Both the position numbers and the translations under genes were made by a program. A DNA stretch of 64,000 nucleotides from Octopus sinensis (taxonomy: Eukaryota), in the NCBI RefSeq assembly GCF_006345805.1, contig NC_043015.1:8246001-8310000 (forward strand), read 5' to 3'. The notes beneath the pieces were generated by a model. The model worked only from the letters and a program-made list of their open reading frames with translations, was not told the DNA's origin and searched no databases. Each line of letters opens with the position of its first letter. The first letter of the stretch is position 1. This document shows, piece by piece, positions 29,184 through 42,985 of this stretch.

Positions 29184-32100
29184 CTCACACACGCACACAT
29201 ATATACACATAAATTTATGTTTATATGCATGAATCTTTTTATATTAAATTATGTCTGATTTTTAATTTCATGTTTTTCAATATCTAGAAAATAAACCTTA
29301 GAATGAACATTATATAATTACCTAAAACTTTATTTTAAAATTACTATAGACATCTTTCATACTTTTTCTCGTAGGTGTCTCCTCGCTTTGTGTCCAAATT
29401 CGTATGTATTTCACCAGTCATAACTGAATTTTTTGTATTTGTATAACATAATTATCGTATCCATGCTTACTTGTATCTTTTCGGCATTTTTTAATATATA
29501 TATGCTGTGTTACAATGACAAGTGAAATTATATTTCTCATTGTTTATGTTCGAACACTTTCAACTCCGGTCACCTATCTTTACCTTATTATAGAGCCTGT
29601 AACTTTTTCAAAATGTCGACATCCATTTAAAAATTGAAATTCTTCTGACGCATTTCGTATTTTTTTCCTATTGTCACCCGTTAGATATTTCACAGTGTGC
29701 AGTGCCATTATAAATCACATATTTTACAGTATAGTATTCAGAATATATGTGTTGAGAATACATTTTGCCATAAATTTATGTATTTTCGGAGCCACAGTAA
29801 TGTTTCGCGACGCACACCTTGCTTATCACTGCCTCAGTATATTTTTAGTAATGAATAAAATGTATATTATTCAATACTATTTAACTCATTCAGTGATGCA
29901 GCTGGAACAGCAGAATATTATATGCAAGAAATTTCCTCCAAATCTGTGGTAAAACAATAAATGAAACAATCTTAAGAAATTCGACTATGAATAATAATAT
30001 CCCGTAAGTTTGAAAAAAAAGCGAACAATAATTATGATGAATATTATTTCGAACTCAACCAAGTAAAGATGTTTCTGATATAAATTTTCTGGCAAATATT
30101 TTCACTTTCTTCTTTTTCTGTAAATAAATTCTCCTATAACATAACCAGAAAAAATTGCATTTTCTTATGATAATAATTTTAAGGTGAGATATGTGCATTT
30201 AATTTTGTTGAGACTCTCTTTTGCGTGGAAGGGTGAGGATTATGAACCAGGTTGTGAATACGGCGGCATAAAGCTGAAAATTGTATTATGCTGGATGGAG
30301 TCTTTGGAGTAAAAATAATGTGAATAATTTATCACTTTGCTCTTGACATTTTGCTTTGTCTTTGTCACTGAATTACAAGAAACTTAACATGTCGAACAGG
30401 ACATCCTGCGGTAATATGACCTTCTCAGTAGAAATCGCATGTAGCATTCTCAGTAGAAATCGCCCATGGTTAAATCTGATTTTCTCTCTTTTCAGGTTGC
30501 TAAATGATTCCTGCCGATTTCCTGTAATAATCATAAGTGATTGCTAAAACTGCAACGGGTTTGTGTCTGCTGCAACACTCGTGCAAAATGAGGAATTTGT
30601 TGTTTAAAGTTTCATGCATTAACATGCGTTAACATTAAGAATATTTGCAATTTTCAAGAGTATTGCATTAATATATTTCTATCAGTTTATTGAGTTCCTT
30701 TCTCATATAAAATCGCATCAAGCTGTAATAAACAGTAGTGTAATTATGTGCGAAGAAAATACTAAATGCGCATTTTACAGTTTGATTAATGCTCTCCTGA
30801 CACAGGGCTGATAGTAAATCATCTACATATTGTAATGACACGAAAATTAACGCAAGGGAGATAGAGTGGAGGAGAAAGGAACAGAGGGAGAAAGAGATAT
30901 ATAAAGAGAAAGAAAGAGATATTATTTTCAATTATACTTATCTCAAAAAGAAGAAAATTACCTAAAATAGAGTGCTACATGGAATAGTACGAGACCATTA
31001 ATTATCACCATTAATTAAAATTTTCAGCGTAATGTCGCCGTATTCACAACCCGCTTGATAATCCTCACCTTTCCATTCAAAAAAGAGATTTTAAACAAAT
31101 TTAAATTGGGAGAGGTTGTTCTCGATTTAGAAAACTTTCGTGAAACTATTCTGTATCAATTCCTTTCTTATGTAAATGTCGTGGTTGTAACTTCTATTAA
31201 CTACATACTTATCTGGTATGAACAGTTGAGACAAAATCATTACGAAGTCTGTCAGCAATTTTTCTTTAAATTGTTTTAAATATCTATGTAAGGCATTATC
31301 TTATAGCCACCGGTTTTTAAATTGTGTGTTCAAAAACCAACGTGGGCACTTAGCAGTTCCTCCCTCCATAGACGATAAAATAAAGAACTGATCATCATGT
31401 ACTGGGACGATAGTATAGATTTCTTTCTCCACCAAATATTTGGTCTGGTATATTAATTCAAAATAACTATAGAACCCTACATGTCGATGATGATTTTTAT
31501 ATACGAATTAATAGAGAGATTATGTATTAATCTAGAGTAAGACAACTATTGAATGCTATTGTTAGATACTGTTCTAATGATTTAATTATGCAGTTATACA
31601 CATTCTCCTTATTGCTAATACTGGAAGTAATAAACATACATATCAGTCTTTTGTAGGATATTTATCTTTATAATCAAGAAAATGTACATTTGCGCAATCA
31701 TCTTATGTAATATTCTATGCTAAGATCATTTACTAAATTTTAATTTGATAGTTCACGAAAACGAATTAAAATGTCCTGTTCGGATAATTTCCATTTTTCT
31801 CTGACAGCATAAATGTCATTAAATGACCAGATGAAATTGGATGAGAAATGTCAAAGGAATATACGCAAAATAAACAAGCCAGACGGAAATGGAATCGTAA
31901 ACTTGTAAATTTAAAATTAAATCTATTTCATATCAGCAAGCGAAAATAATTTTTATGATACTAATTAACAGAGAAAGGAAAAATAGAGAAACAACTATAT
32001 TTAGGTACAAGGGTGTGTTAGAAAACAAAAATCAAATCTGCTTTATTTATTTATTTTTTTTGAAATGACAAAGATTCCGATCAAAGATAATAAATATTAC

Positions 32101-32800
32101 GTGATATATTTATATAGCAGTTTACCTACAAACGCTTCTTAATAGATAATAGTGGAGTAAATTGAATTTGATCCCTTGGATAGTTTTAGTGAAATATACT
32201 CAATTCATTTGATATCTATGAATGATAGGTTCAATTGCTTTCCCCTAAGGAAAGATGAAACATCGATCATTCATGGTATCAAATGATAGCAATTGAGGAT
32301 GTAGAATTCATATCTTAATATTTATAAGCGTAATTTCCAAACCAAAGGCAACTTCTGTCGGGTCTCTTCGAGTAAGGATCTATTATATAATAGATAAGGG
32401 TTATTTCTCTTTAGTAGTTAAAAAGAATTGGGAATCCCAAATCTGCAGATAACCGTTATGCCGTTTCGTATTATTACAAGAATAACTAAAACCTCAGGCA
32501 TCCGTATTATCAGATATTATTTTCCTTAATTCCCCCAGATACAAGCTATCATCTCCGATCTGCCAGATTTGTTTTTCATCTTGCCCTTCCGAAGTTAAGG
32601 ATTGTTTTCATAATATCAGAGGAATATGGGGATTAAGATTATGTGTAATACTTCCACATCTTTAAATTTACATAGAATGAAGCAGATGCTACGATATAAA
32701 TCATATACAACGAAAAGGCGAAGAATTTATATGAAATGATGTGGAAATTAGATATATTGAATAGCAACCCATTCTTATAAACATATGATCCTTAAAATTT

Positions 32801-33200
32801 TTTTTTACTTGTTTCAGTCATTAGAAACCGGCCAGTCATTAGAAACCGGCCAGTCATTAGAAACCTGAGATAAATTTTTAATCGAATGAGTCGACGCCAG
32901 GAAATTTAAGCCTGCTACTTATTCTATCTTCCCTTTTGCCTCTAAGATGCAGGGAGGTAAACACAGCAACGCCTGTTGTCAAGAGATAGTGGGGACAAAC
33001 CCAGGCACAAAGGCACACACACAGATATATGTATACGATGGGCTTCTTTCAGTTTTCGTCTACCAAATCCAATCACAAGGCTTTGGTCAGCCAAAAGATA
33101 CAATCGAAGACACCTGGCCAAAGTGCTACGCAGTAGAACTGAACTCAGAAACATGTAGGTGAGAAGGATGCTTCTTATTACACAGCCACACCTGTACCTA
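32801..33200 (-). mobile_element. tRNA-derived SINE, family A (degenerate) with an internal 18-bp tandem triplication
   Basis: Homology to the other copies; cagtcattagaaaccggc x2.8 at 32815-32865. Confidence 0.8.
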
Positions 33201-33714
33201 TTACTTATGTTTTCATAAAAAACTATGAACCTTCATTTTTTTTCTCTTAATGATATCTGACAACCAGATATCCATTTCATCCGATCAACAAGAAATACTA
33301 AGTAAATGAGGATTTTAAAATGTTAATGGATATGGAAAAGAATTATACTCGCTCCATCTTAGTGAAAATGAATGCACAATGGCAGTTAAATTTTCTTTTC
33401 TTCCATTTAGTAATCAAGTCACTCGAGGCTCTCGGCCACAACTGATCCTTTCACAGACACTTGAAATGAAAATCTGAAATTTTGAAAGTGTCCTTAATTG
33501 GTTTCTAGCAATATACCGAAATATTTGATGTCTCCGACTGCAATTCATTATTGTAATTCCAACAACTCAGTATCAAAGATACGAACATTATCTTGTTAAT
33601 TTATATTCAATATAAAAGCACCATATCTCTGAAATTGTAGTCATCTCCAAGTATATACGCATTCACTTTTATCGGGATTATAAGCTTGCACATTCAAGAA
33701 AATGTTTACAAAAA

Positions 33715-33928
33715 CTTTTACTCTTTTACTCGTTTCAGACATTTGACTGTGGGTATGCTGGAGCATCGCCTTTAGTCGAGCAAATCGACCCCAGGACTTA
33801 TTCTTTGTAAGCCTAGTACTCATTCTAACTTTCTCTTTTGCCGAACCGCTAAAACACCAGCATCGGTTGTCAAGCAATGTAAGGGGACACACAAAGACAC
33901 ACAAACATATACACACACATAATATACG

Positions 33929-34023
<95 letters not shown>

Positions 34024-34284
34024 AAGAGTGAGAGAGAGAGAGAGAGAGAAGAGAGAGAGGGGAAAAATGGAAAGACAAGAAAATATGTCAACAAGATACT
34101 ATAACATTACAACCAGCTAGGAAAAGTCTTCGCTACATTTGCGGCACCTGCCAGAGGGAATGTTTGTCCAGGATAGGACTACACAGCCACAGCAGGAAAT
34201 GTATTAGGACACGAAATGTAAAAGCTGGACTAGATAATTTTATGCGCAACAACTCTATTAGCTCCCGAGACAAAAAGGATGCCA

Positions 34285-34363
<79 letters not shown>

Positions 34364-34570
34364 GTGTGTGAGTGTGTGTCTTTGTGTATCTATATATATA
34401 TATATACGACGGGCTTCTTTCAGTTTCCGTCTACTAAATCCGCTCACAAGGCTTTGGTCGGCCCGAGTCTATAGTATGATACGTTTGCCCAACGTGCCAC
34501 GGAGTAGGACTAAACCCGGAACCATGTGGTTCGTAAGCAAGCTACTTACCACAGAGCTACTCCTACGTCC
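33715..34570 (-). mobile_element. tRNA-derived SINE, family A, split by microsatellite expansion and a nested LINE fragment
   Basis: 3' half at ~33715-33915 and 5' half at ~34385-34570, co-oriented, with the gap falling at the SINE's internal microsatellite. Confidence 0.82.
34070..34290 (+). mobile_element. RTE-clade LINE 3' fragment
   Basis: Reads YICGTCQRECLSRIGLHSHSRKC (RTE/BovB-type C-terminal CxxC...SRIGLxSH motif), followed by a gaga...aaggatgc 3' end. Confidence 0.82.
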
Positions 34571-35405
34571 ACCGAAATTGAAACTCAATAATTCAGTTTG
34601 GCTTTGTCTTTCCAGTTGTTATTGATGTTGTTATTATTGCTGTTGCAGCTGATACCTCCAATAGTCATTAGAGAAGTAACATAATCAAATATTTTTTTTC
34701 TTTTAAATATAAACATATCGGCACGTTATGAGTACCTATGATATTCAATTATGCATCATATTTTTTTACGGCAGATTAGAAAATGATTTGTATTGCATGT
34801 TGGCTGTTCATTCTAGAATTGTAATTGCGATAGAGGTATGAAAGCAGAGTAAATGATTTCTATGTTAAAGTAAGAAAATTTAAATGGAATTAATGTTTCT
34901 TTTACATTCGGCTTAATATAATAGAGAAATAAAATATTTTCTTGTCACTTTAATGTAACAATCTTAATAAGTGCAATCTAAATTTCGAAAGCTATTCAGC
35001 CTCAAGGAGAATGACTTTTCGGTGTTTAGCCTTATGCAGGCTTTCACACAACAGAGGTATTTATTCGCAGTAAGAACATCAAATATTGCGTAAAATATGT
35101 GGTCATTCTTTTATAAATCTATGCAGAAGCTGATTCGGGGACATCAGTTTCTTTATAGACTCTTCTCTTCTTTTAGGATGACTGTCATAGCAAAGGTAGA
35201 TTTTTGGAGAGGACGGTATGGTAGGATCTTAAACAGATTTTATCATATTTGACATTGAGTTTAGCTGAAGCTTTCTACTGGATTTTCTTGCTATTTGTTG
35301 ACGACAATAATATCTGATAAAGCGAACATATAAATTATTCATTCCCAATATGATCTTACTGTATATGTTATATATTATTGGAAATAATATGTATATATAT
35401 ATGTC

Positions 35406-35476
<71 letters not shown>

Positions 35477-35483
35477 ATTATAT

Positions 35484-35541
<58 letters not shown>

Positions 35542-36179
35542 GTATGTATGTATATTAACAGGGAGAAATGGAGAAATGAGAAGGAAATGTGTTATAGAAT
35601 ATACATTTTACTTATCATTTATAAAAGATTAAGTTCATGAATGCAAGGAGATTTGACTATATATACTATCATGTCCCGCAAACTAATAAAGACGCCATAT
35701 GGTCTCATAACGGGGCGTTGGATTTCATTTAACCCACAAGAAGCCTGATTAAAGATATTTAAAGTCGAAATTTTCAATTCATTACAAAGTATCAGTTTAT
35801 TCTATCGTCATGTAAATAATGCTATATTTCTTTTAAGCGACAATAAGTTTAAGACCATAAAGTAAAATCAAAAATATATATATTCTATATTTCTCTCAGG
35901 TTGAGCGATCACCTAGAGGCTAGGGAAATATTGTTCTTCATTCCTTAATCTTTATAGCAGAAAAAATCTTAATTGCTTAAAATAGTGAGATGAAAATGAC
36001 TAAACAAAATTCAATTGCAGAAATTTATATTTTTCTAAATTTAAGTGACTTGAAGTATGTATTCTCAACCTTCTAAAGGAGTTCCTAGATATGTCACGAA
36101 AACATTGGTATTGACATTGACTACCAGCATTGTCAAATGGATCACTCGATGAAATGTGATGATTTGTCCACATATAATT

Positions 36180-36431
36180 ATTGATTACTTACTTGGTTTG
36201 CATCCTTTCTGTCTCAGGAGACAATGGTCTTGCACATGAAGTAGTCTAGTCCGGCTTTTATATTTCATGTCCTGATACATTTCCTGCTGTGGCTGTGTGG
36301 TCCTATCCTGGACAAACACTCCCTCTGGCAGGTACCGCAAATGTAGCGAAGACTGTTCCTGGCTGGTTGTAGTGCCATAGTATCTTGTTTACGTCTATGG
36401 CACTACAACCAGCCAGGAACAGTCTTCGCTA
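36180..36431 (-). mobile_element. RTE-clade LINE 3' fragment with fold-back 5' end
   Basis: The reverse complement closely matches 34090-34290. (AAGT)n-like tail at ~36181-36195. Perfect 37-bp inverted repeat at the truncation point. Confidence 0.85.
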
Positions 36432-37077
36432 TGTTACTTACTATATTATAAAAAATAGAAGATCGTCAAAATTGTATTTATTTCTCAGTTTTTTTGATAC
36501 CTGGCTATTGAAATAGTTTTTTTTTTCTCTGTGAGATTTAAATTCGTGATTGTTCAAAAATCAGTTTTCTTTATCGAATTTATGTTTATCCTTCCTCATT
36601 TGTTTTGTTGTGACAATTCTCATGAAGAAAATTTCGTTTGGAACGTTATTAAATGTGTGCGTCCATACTTTTAAGAATATGTGTGTAAGAGAATCTGTAT
36701 CTATAGTGTGTTTTTTGCTTGAGTGAATTGTTCCACACACGCATACGAAGCACGCACACACACACGCACGCAAAAACAAACATACATACATATACACATA
36801 ATAATCTTACCCACATTTTTATAGACTTGGGTAATGTGACAACTGTCATTTATTCTTTCTGTCGTAAGATATTTAAGGAATTATTAAATCTATCGTGATA
36901 AGGACTTGAAAATTCAAGACCTAATGCAAGATAAATAACATGCGTGTGTAATCTCGTATATTCAAACTTCTGTGTGGCACGCTTCAGTAGTTCTGAAGAT
37001 CTCTTCACCTGAAATCATTGTCTGTCTTTTTAACCCACAAATACATACATATATTTATGTATATTTATATATATATA

Positions 37078-37116
<39 letters not shown>

Positions 37117-37130
37117 TATATATATATAAT

Positions 37131-37179
<49 letters not shown>

Positions 37180-37199
37180 TATAATATATATATATTATA

Positions 37200-37261
37200 T
37201 ATATATATACGGATAGATAGATATACACATACATACATATTTACATAAGTATATATATAAT

Positions 37262-37299
<38 letters not shown>

Positions 37300-37335
37300 C
37301 GGATAGATAGATATACACATACATATTTACATAAG

Positions 37336-37388
<53 letters not shown>

Positions 37389-37415
37389 CATACATATTTA
37401 CATAAATATATATAT
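37200..37415. repeat. Tandemly duplicated ~90-bp compound-microsatellite unit
   Basis: acggatagatagatatacacat...atttacataagt occurs at ~37209 and ~37299, with a partial third copy at ~37381. Confidence 0.85.
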
Positions 37416-37462
37416 ACACACATACATACATACATATATATGTATATTTGTACTATTATCTC

Positions 37463-37805
37463 ATTCTTTTATTTTTATACTTGTTTCAGTCATTTGACTT
37501 CGACCATACTGGAGCACTGCCTTTAGTCGAACAAATCGTCCCCAAGATTTATTCTTATTTTATCGGTCTTTTTAGCCGAACTGCTGTATGGGACGTAAAC
37601 ACACCAATATCGGTTGTGGTAGTGGGGGACAAACACAGGCACACCAAAGTACATACACACATATATATTCGACGGGCTTCTTACAGTTTCCGACTACAAA
37701 ATCCACTCACAATGTAGAAGATTCTTTGCGAAGATGCCACGCAGTTGGACTGAACCCAGAATCATGTTGTTTGTAAGCAAGCTACTTACCACACAGACAC
37801 TCCTA
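37463..37805 (-). mobile_element. tRNA-derived SINE, family A
   Basis: Homology to the other family A copies along its length. Confidence 0.88.
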
Positions 37806-37873
37806 TATATATATATATTATATATATATATATATATTATATATATTTATTTAATTATATATACAAAGACACA

Positions 37874-38668
37874 CACGGGGTGAAGTCAAAATTTAGCCGC
37901 ACTTCACTATAGCATATCCTTATCATTGTCCTACTACTTACTGTGCATGCGTGCTTATAGTCTGTAAAATTGTCGTCACGTGATTGAAATCTGAGCCTGA
38001 TCGTGCCATTGTCTTTCTGCCTTTACATGGTAAGCACAGCCGCTCCACTAGCAACGTGCACCAGAGAAGAACAAAAGCCAGTGATATGATTTCTCTGATC
38101 TGAAGGTGCGTCAGGTGCAGAAACTCGTCAGAGGCTCCTAGCAGAATTGGTTAATGGTTTCAGCGGTGTAGGTGACCTTTGTATGCCGTGCCTTGACATG
38201 CAACAAGAAAATTTTCTTTGACAATAGGCTTCGAAACTCGGTGCGATTTGCTGGCCAGCAAATCAGTGTATCTCGCACTGTTGATCGTAAACCCCTTTTC
38301 CCGGCAGTCTTCCAGCATAGGCCATTTTGAGTCCCAAAGAAGGTTTAGCATCATTTTGCCGCGGACGACTGAGTCTTAAATTCCTTCGTCACTGGTAAGC
38401 CAGGATATTCCCACACCATATTCTGTACTTAGGATTCTGCCTCAAAATGATGGACCCACGTTTCATTCTCCTATGAATATTCTGCTCAAACATTGGTGTA
38501 GAGGGATCGAACAAACGTTGCGCTTGTGCTCTGCATTAATCTCCCTGGGCACCCATTTTACAGAGGAAAAAATTGCGTGATAAGGCACAAACTCCGATTA
38601 CGTGATCACACTAGTACTAACTATAAGTACGAATGGGCAATAGGCAGTTAGACAATAAGATACGTTAT
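37874..38668. mobile_element. Rearranged mariner (Tc1/mariner) transposon remnant
   Basis: TIR-like cacggggtgaagtcaaaatt at 37874. Plus 38027-38146 reads AAPLATCTREEQKPVI*FL*SEGASGAE. Minus ~38570->38147 reads KWVPRE, (D)ETWVHHFE, MLNLLWD, TINSARY, TAETINQ. Confidence 0.88.
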
Positions 38669-38678
38669 ATACATACAT

Positions 38679-38772
<94 letters not shown>
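38679..38772. repeat. Perfect (GATA)n microsatellite, ~23 units
   Basis: Directly visible. Confidence 0.98.
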
Positions 38773-38773
<1 letters not shown>

Positions 38774-39468
38774 TATTTATGTATGCATATATATATTCAA
38801 TATAACCTCGTGCTTACGATAAATAATATCAACGAAAAAGTATACATGGCTTCGAAATTTTAAGTGGAAGTATAAATAAATATGTGCAATGAAAATAGAG
38901 TCCTTGAATTTGATGAAGCGTAGTAAAATATGCTATCATTATCTATCTGTTTCTCATGACACTGTGGATTCAAATCTCCGTATGGTTTGTTTCCTTTTCC
39001 AGAATATTTATATGGATAGGATACCAATCAGTTCTTAAGAGCAATTCAATGTTCCTTAAAGTCATCCTAGATAACGAATATATTGGAGAGAAAACAGCAC
39101 AATGCTGACAATATGTTGATATATCATATACTTCGTATACGTTCACACACAAAAAGCACAATTGAAACAAAGAAAAGCACCGAATTTTAATTATTCTTTA
39201 CATATGAAAATGAAAATAATAAAAAATGCAAAACATTGAATAATTTATCAAGAATATCTATTTTATCAATTATTTTCCGTAAGCTGTTTTTAAATATTCG
39301 AAATGCATTATCGTTGAAAAACCGTAGACGTAATTGGGCTATTTCTCATGTATTAATATACTTCCGGTATCTTTGACTCCACACAGTCATGCTTACTAAT
39401 CCATATATCTCTTTGCCTCTCTCTCTCTCTCTCTCTCTCTTGTCTTTATATATATATATATATATTAT

Positions 39469-39519
<51 letters not shown>

Positions 39520-39524
<5 letters not shown>

Positions 39525-39720
39525 CCCCTTACAGCAAACACAAGAGAAAAAGCAAGCGAGTACGTGGCACATGCAAATCATTAGCAGATGCTTAAGGAAG
39601 GAAAGCAAGGTAGTCTTACATTTCGGGCCGATGTCTTCGTCAGAAAAAGGAGACGGAGGAAAGTCCAAGATAAAAGGGAGACGGAGGAAAAATATATCGC
39701 CAACGATCCATATGTGTGTG
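39520..39720 (-). mobile_element. Solo PLE terminus with degenerate hammerhead motif
   Basis: The reverse complement (cgttggcgat...ttttcctccgtct...ttgga.tttcc...CTGACGAA...GAAATGTA...ccacgt.ctcgc) is colinear with 7878-8060 and ends at (TA)n. Confidence 0.75.
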
Positions 39721-39846
39721 TATACAGAGAGCGAGAGAAAGAGGGATAGAGTAAGAAGGATAGAGAAAGAGTGAGAGAAAGAAACATATATATATATATA
39801 TCGCTCTCTCTCTCTCTCTCTCTGTATGCAGCTGCACACATAAATT

Positions 39847-39907
<61 letters not shown>

Positions 39908-42672
39908 TTTGAGGATTATAATCCAAAAATGCAGGGAAAAAATTAACTTAAAAATACTAACTCAAATTTCACACAATATAATATAATATATATATATATA
40001 ATTGCAAAAAAACCCCACCTTTTATCAATTCAAAATGAACACTATAATTTGATTATATGTAATTTTCTAAATGGTGTAATCTAATTGTTCATTTTGAATT
40101 GGTAAAATATATTTTTCTAATTTTATATATATATATATATATATTTATACATACATACATACGGGTGTGGCATGCTGTAAAGTTTATTTGGGCTTCGGGT
40201 AAAAGAAAATACAGGAGGGTCAGTTAATTATAATTCTATTCAACAGATTCCTCTCTCAGATTCTCACACTTGTTGCAGCAGTCCTTCGGCTTTTCTTAAT
40301 TCTATAAAACAACTCGGAAGTTTGGACCTCCAAGCAGTCCTTTTGCTATACACTAAAAGCCAGGAATTGTTCAGTACCTTCCTATGTGTTCTTGAATATC
40401 ATTGGTAAGAGCTGCTATTTGATGCAAGCCTGTACGACCTAATTTAAAACTGTGTGTGTGTGTGTATACACTTATATGTAGTGTTAGGTGTTATAAATAT
40501 ACAATAAGTGAAACACGCAAATCTTTGCTCCTACTTGCCTTTGATTAATTTTTCAGTTCCATAACTTCAACAACTGAGCGCTATACGCGTTATACAAGAG
40601 TCTTGCAATTTAATTCAAAGTTCATTACATCTAGATCAAATGTTAAGAGGCGCACTATGTTAAACTACGATTACATTATAAAACAACAGGAAATTGTTAT
40701 ACAATTAATTTAACGATACTAAAGGAGAAATGTTCAAATATGCTTCGAAACGGAGCAATAATAAGGAGATGCAATTAAACGTGTCATACTTTTGAACTTC
40801 GTAGATGTACTTCAGACTTGATGAAATACAGAAGAATAGTGAGTAGTTCCATTAGATACCAGGAAATTTTGACTCGATAAATTATGTAGATCAATTAGTA
40901 TCATTTTGAATGTACTATATATATATACATATACATATACGTGTATGTGTGTATTCGTGTATTTAGTGTATTAGTATACAACACTTACCTCAGAGTGAGA
41001 AATCGTATAAGTTTGTGCGATCAATTTTAGTTTGCAATTGTTATATTGAGAAGTCGTAGCATTTGTTTCATAAATGCTAATATTTTAACTGATATGTCTC
41101 TATTACATTTTCAAAAAGATACTAATTGATTTATACAATTTATACAGTGGAAATTTCCGGGCATCTAATCGAATTACTATTAATATATATTTCTTGAATT
41201 CTGAAGCATATGTTGAAAGTTCGATCATATTTCCATCATATTTTACAATACATTTTATATTATTTTGTCTTGGTTTTTCCTTTACTCTCATTGAATTATT
41301 AGTTTGTTCATTGTATAACGGCTATTTTATGATGTTATGTTGTTTTACAATATGAACAGTTGTTTAGCGTAATATTCAATTTGAAATGTTATCTGAGATA
41401 TAATGAACTTCGGTATTTATTTAACAATATTTTTGTTATGTATCTGGATATGATGAGAATTTAGAAAATATTACACTATGAAATCCGTAAGTACGAGTAA
41501 GAATATGAAAATAAGTACATCAATCTGATGAAAGCAATCATTTGTAACGAAGTATATTCTGCATTAATAATTTGCTGTCGAAATATTTGTTGTTGGCTTA
41601 TCAGCCAACATACGACATAGATATTATAAACAATGTTCGAAATGAGGCAATCATTTCACCTCATATATATTCAGGACTAGTAATTCCAATAATTCATCTG
41701 GTGCATGCAAGTTCTGCAGGGTTCAAAAAAATAATGTTTCTGTTCATTCTCAATACGCGGTGGCAAATTCGAACGTGGCTATGCTAATCGATTTTATATT
41801 GTACCATATTACGAACAAACTTCTCCTAAATTTGGGAGATATTACTCAAACATGATCGGGCCCCACGCTCATGTTCAAACTGAGAATGAATAGAAATATT
41901 ACTGCTTGGCTTTCGCAGTTTTCAATATTCTCCTGAATTTTGATAGTTTCGCCGACATCAGCACGCATCACAAATAATTTGCTGATTTCTATAAACAAAT
42001 ACCAGAGACTATTTAAATACAAAATACCAAGGATAGTTTTTGCTGAGGAATCATACAATAAGATAGAATAATCAAGTTGTCTCAGACACCTGAAATGCAA
42101 GTGCTAAGAATATACAACAGCTACAGGATATATTTCTACGTCATTTCCGAATCTACCACAATTTATTGAGATTGAATGTTTACATTATATATATTCCATT
42201 CTATAATTCATCATTCTTGTGGTGATCCAGTTGGTCTTATTTAGGCCAAATATTCTTATTTAGTAAGTAAAGAGTTGATTCAATACGTAAATATTACCAT
42301 AATATAGTTAACTCGAATATGATTTCATGAAGCTGCCGCAAAGATTTAATACTAAGTAGAGATATAATGTATACACTCAGGTGTCTGCTTCTTCGTATAA
42401 CAATGAGAAATATATTATTTTGAAGTCTATTAAATGCGCACCAAAGTAAATATTTTATGTATCAGTTAGAAATCTCTCATACAAGAGGTAGAAGGAAACA
42501 ATCGGATATATCTTGCGCCTTTCAAAATATATTAGAAATAAATTAAGAAAACAAATGGAAGATGTGAAGGGTATAATACGTAGGTTATCATTGAAATTGT
42601 GTGAGAAAAATGATGGGAAATAAAAACCTTCTTAGATTTGTTCATGAACTTGATATATATGCTTTTTTGCAT

Positions 42673-42985
42673 GAAAGCGCTAAGCTCCCTAGTTAGAGAG
42701 TCAGGCTCACAATAATGCGGTAGTGAGTTCAATTTCCGAACCGAGCTGTATGTTGTTTTCTTGAGCAAGAAATATTATTTTACGTTGATCCAGTTCGCTC
42801 AGTAATAGAAATGAGTTGCGAGGTCACTGGTGCCAATCGGCCTTTGACTTTTTCTTGGATAACATCGGTGGCATTGAGAGGGGGCGACTGGTATGCATGG
42901 TTGATTGCTGCTCTTCCATAAACGACCTCGCCCGGCTTGTGAACGGGGAAGAATTTTCTAGGTGCAGTTCCATATTCACTCATGC
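42673..42985 (+). mobile_element. tRNA-derived SINE, family B (degenerate)
   Basis: Colinear with the reverse complement of 10905-11246. Confidence 0.85.

Noticed and set aside
32815-32865. Short direct-repeat array as a CRISPR candidate
   Set aside because: Head-to-tail units without spacers, inside a SINE, in eukaryotic DNA with no cas genes.
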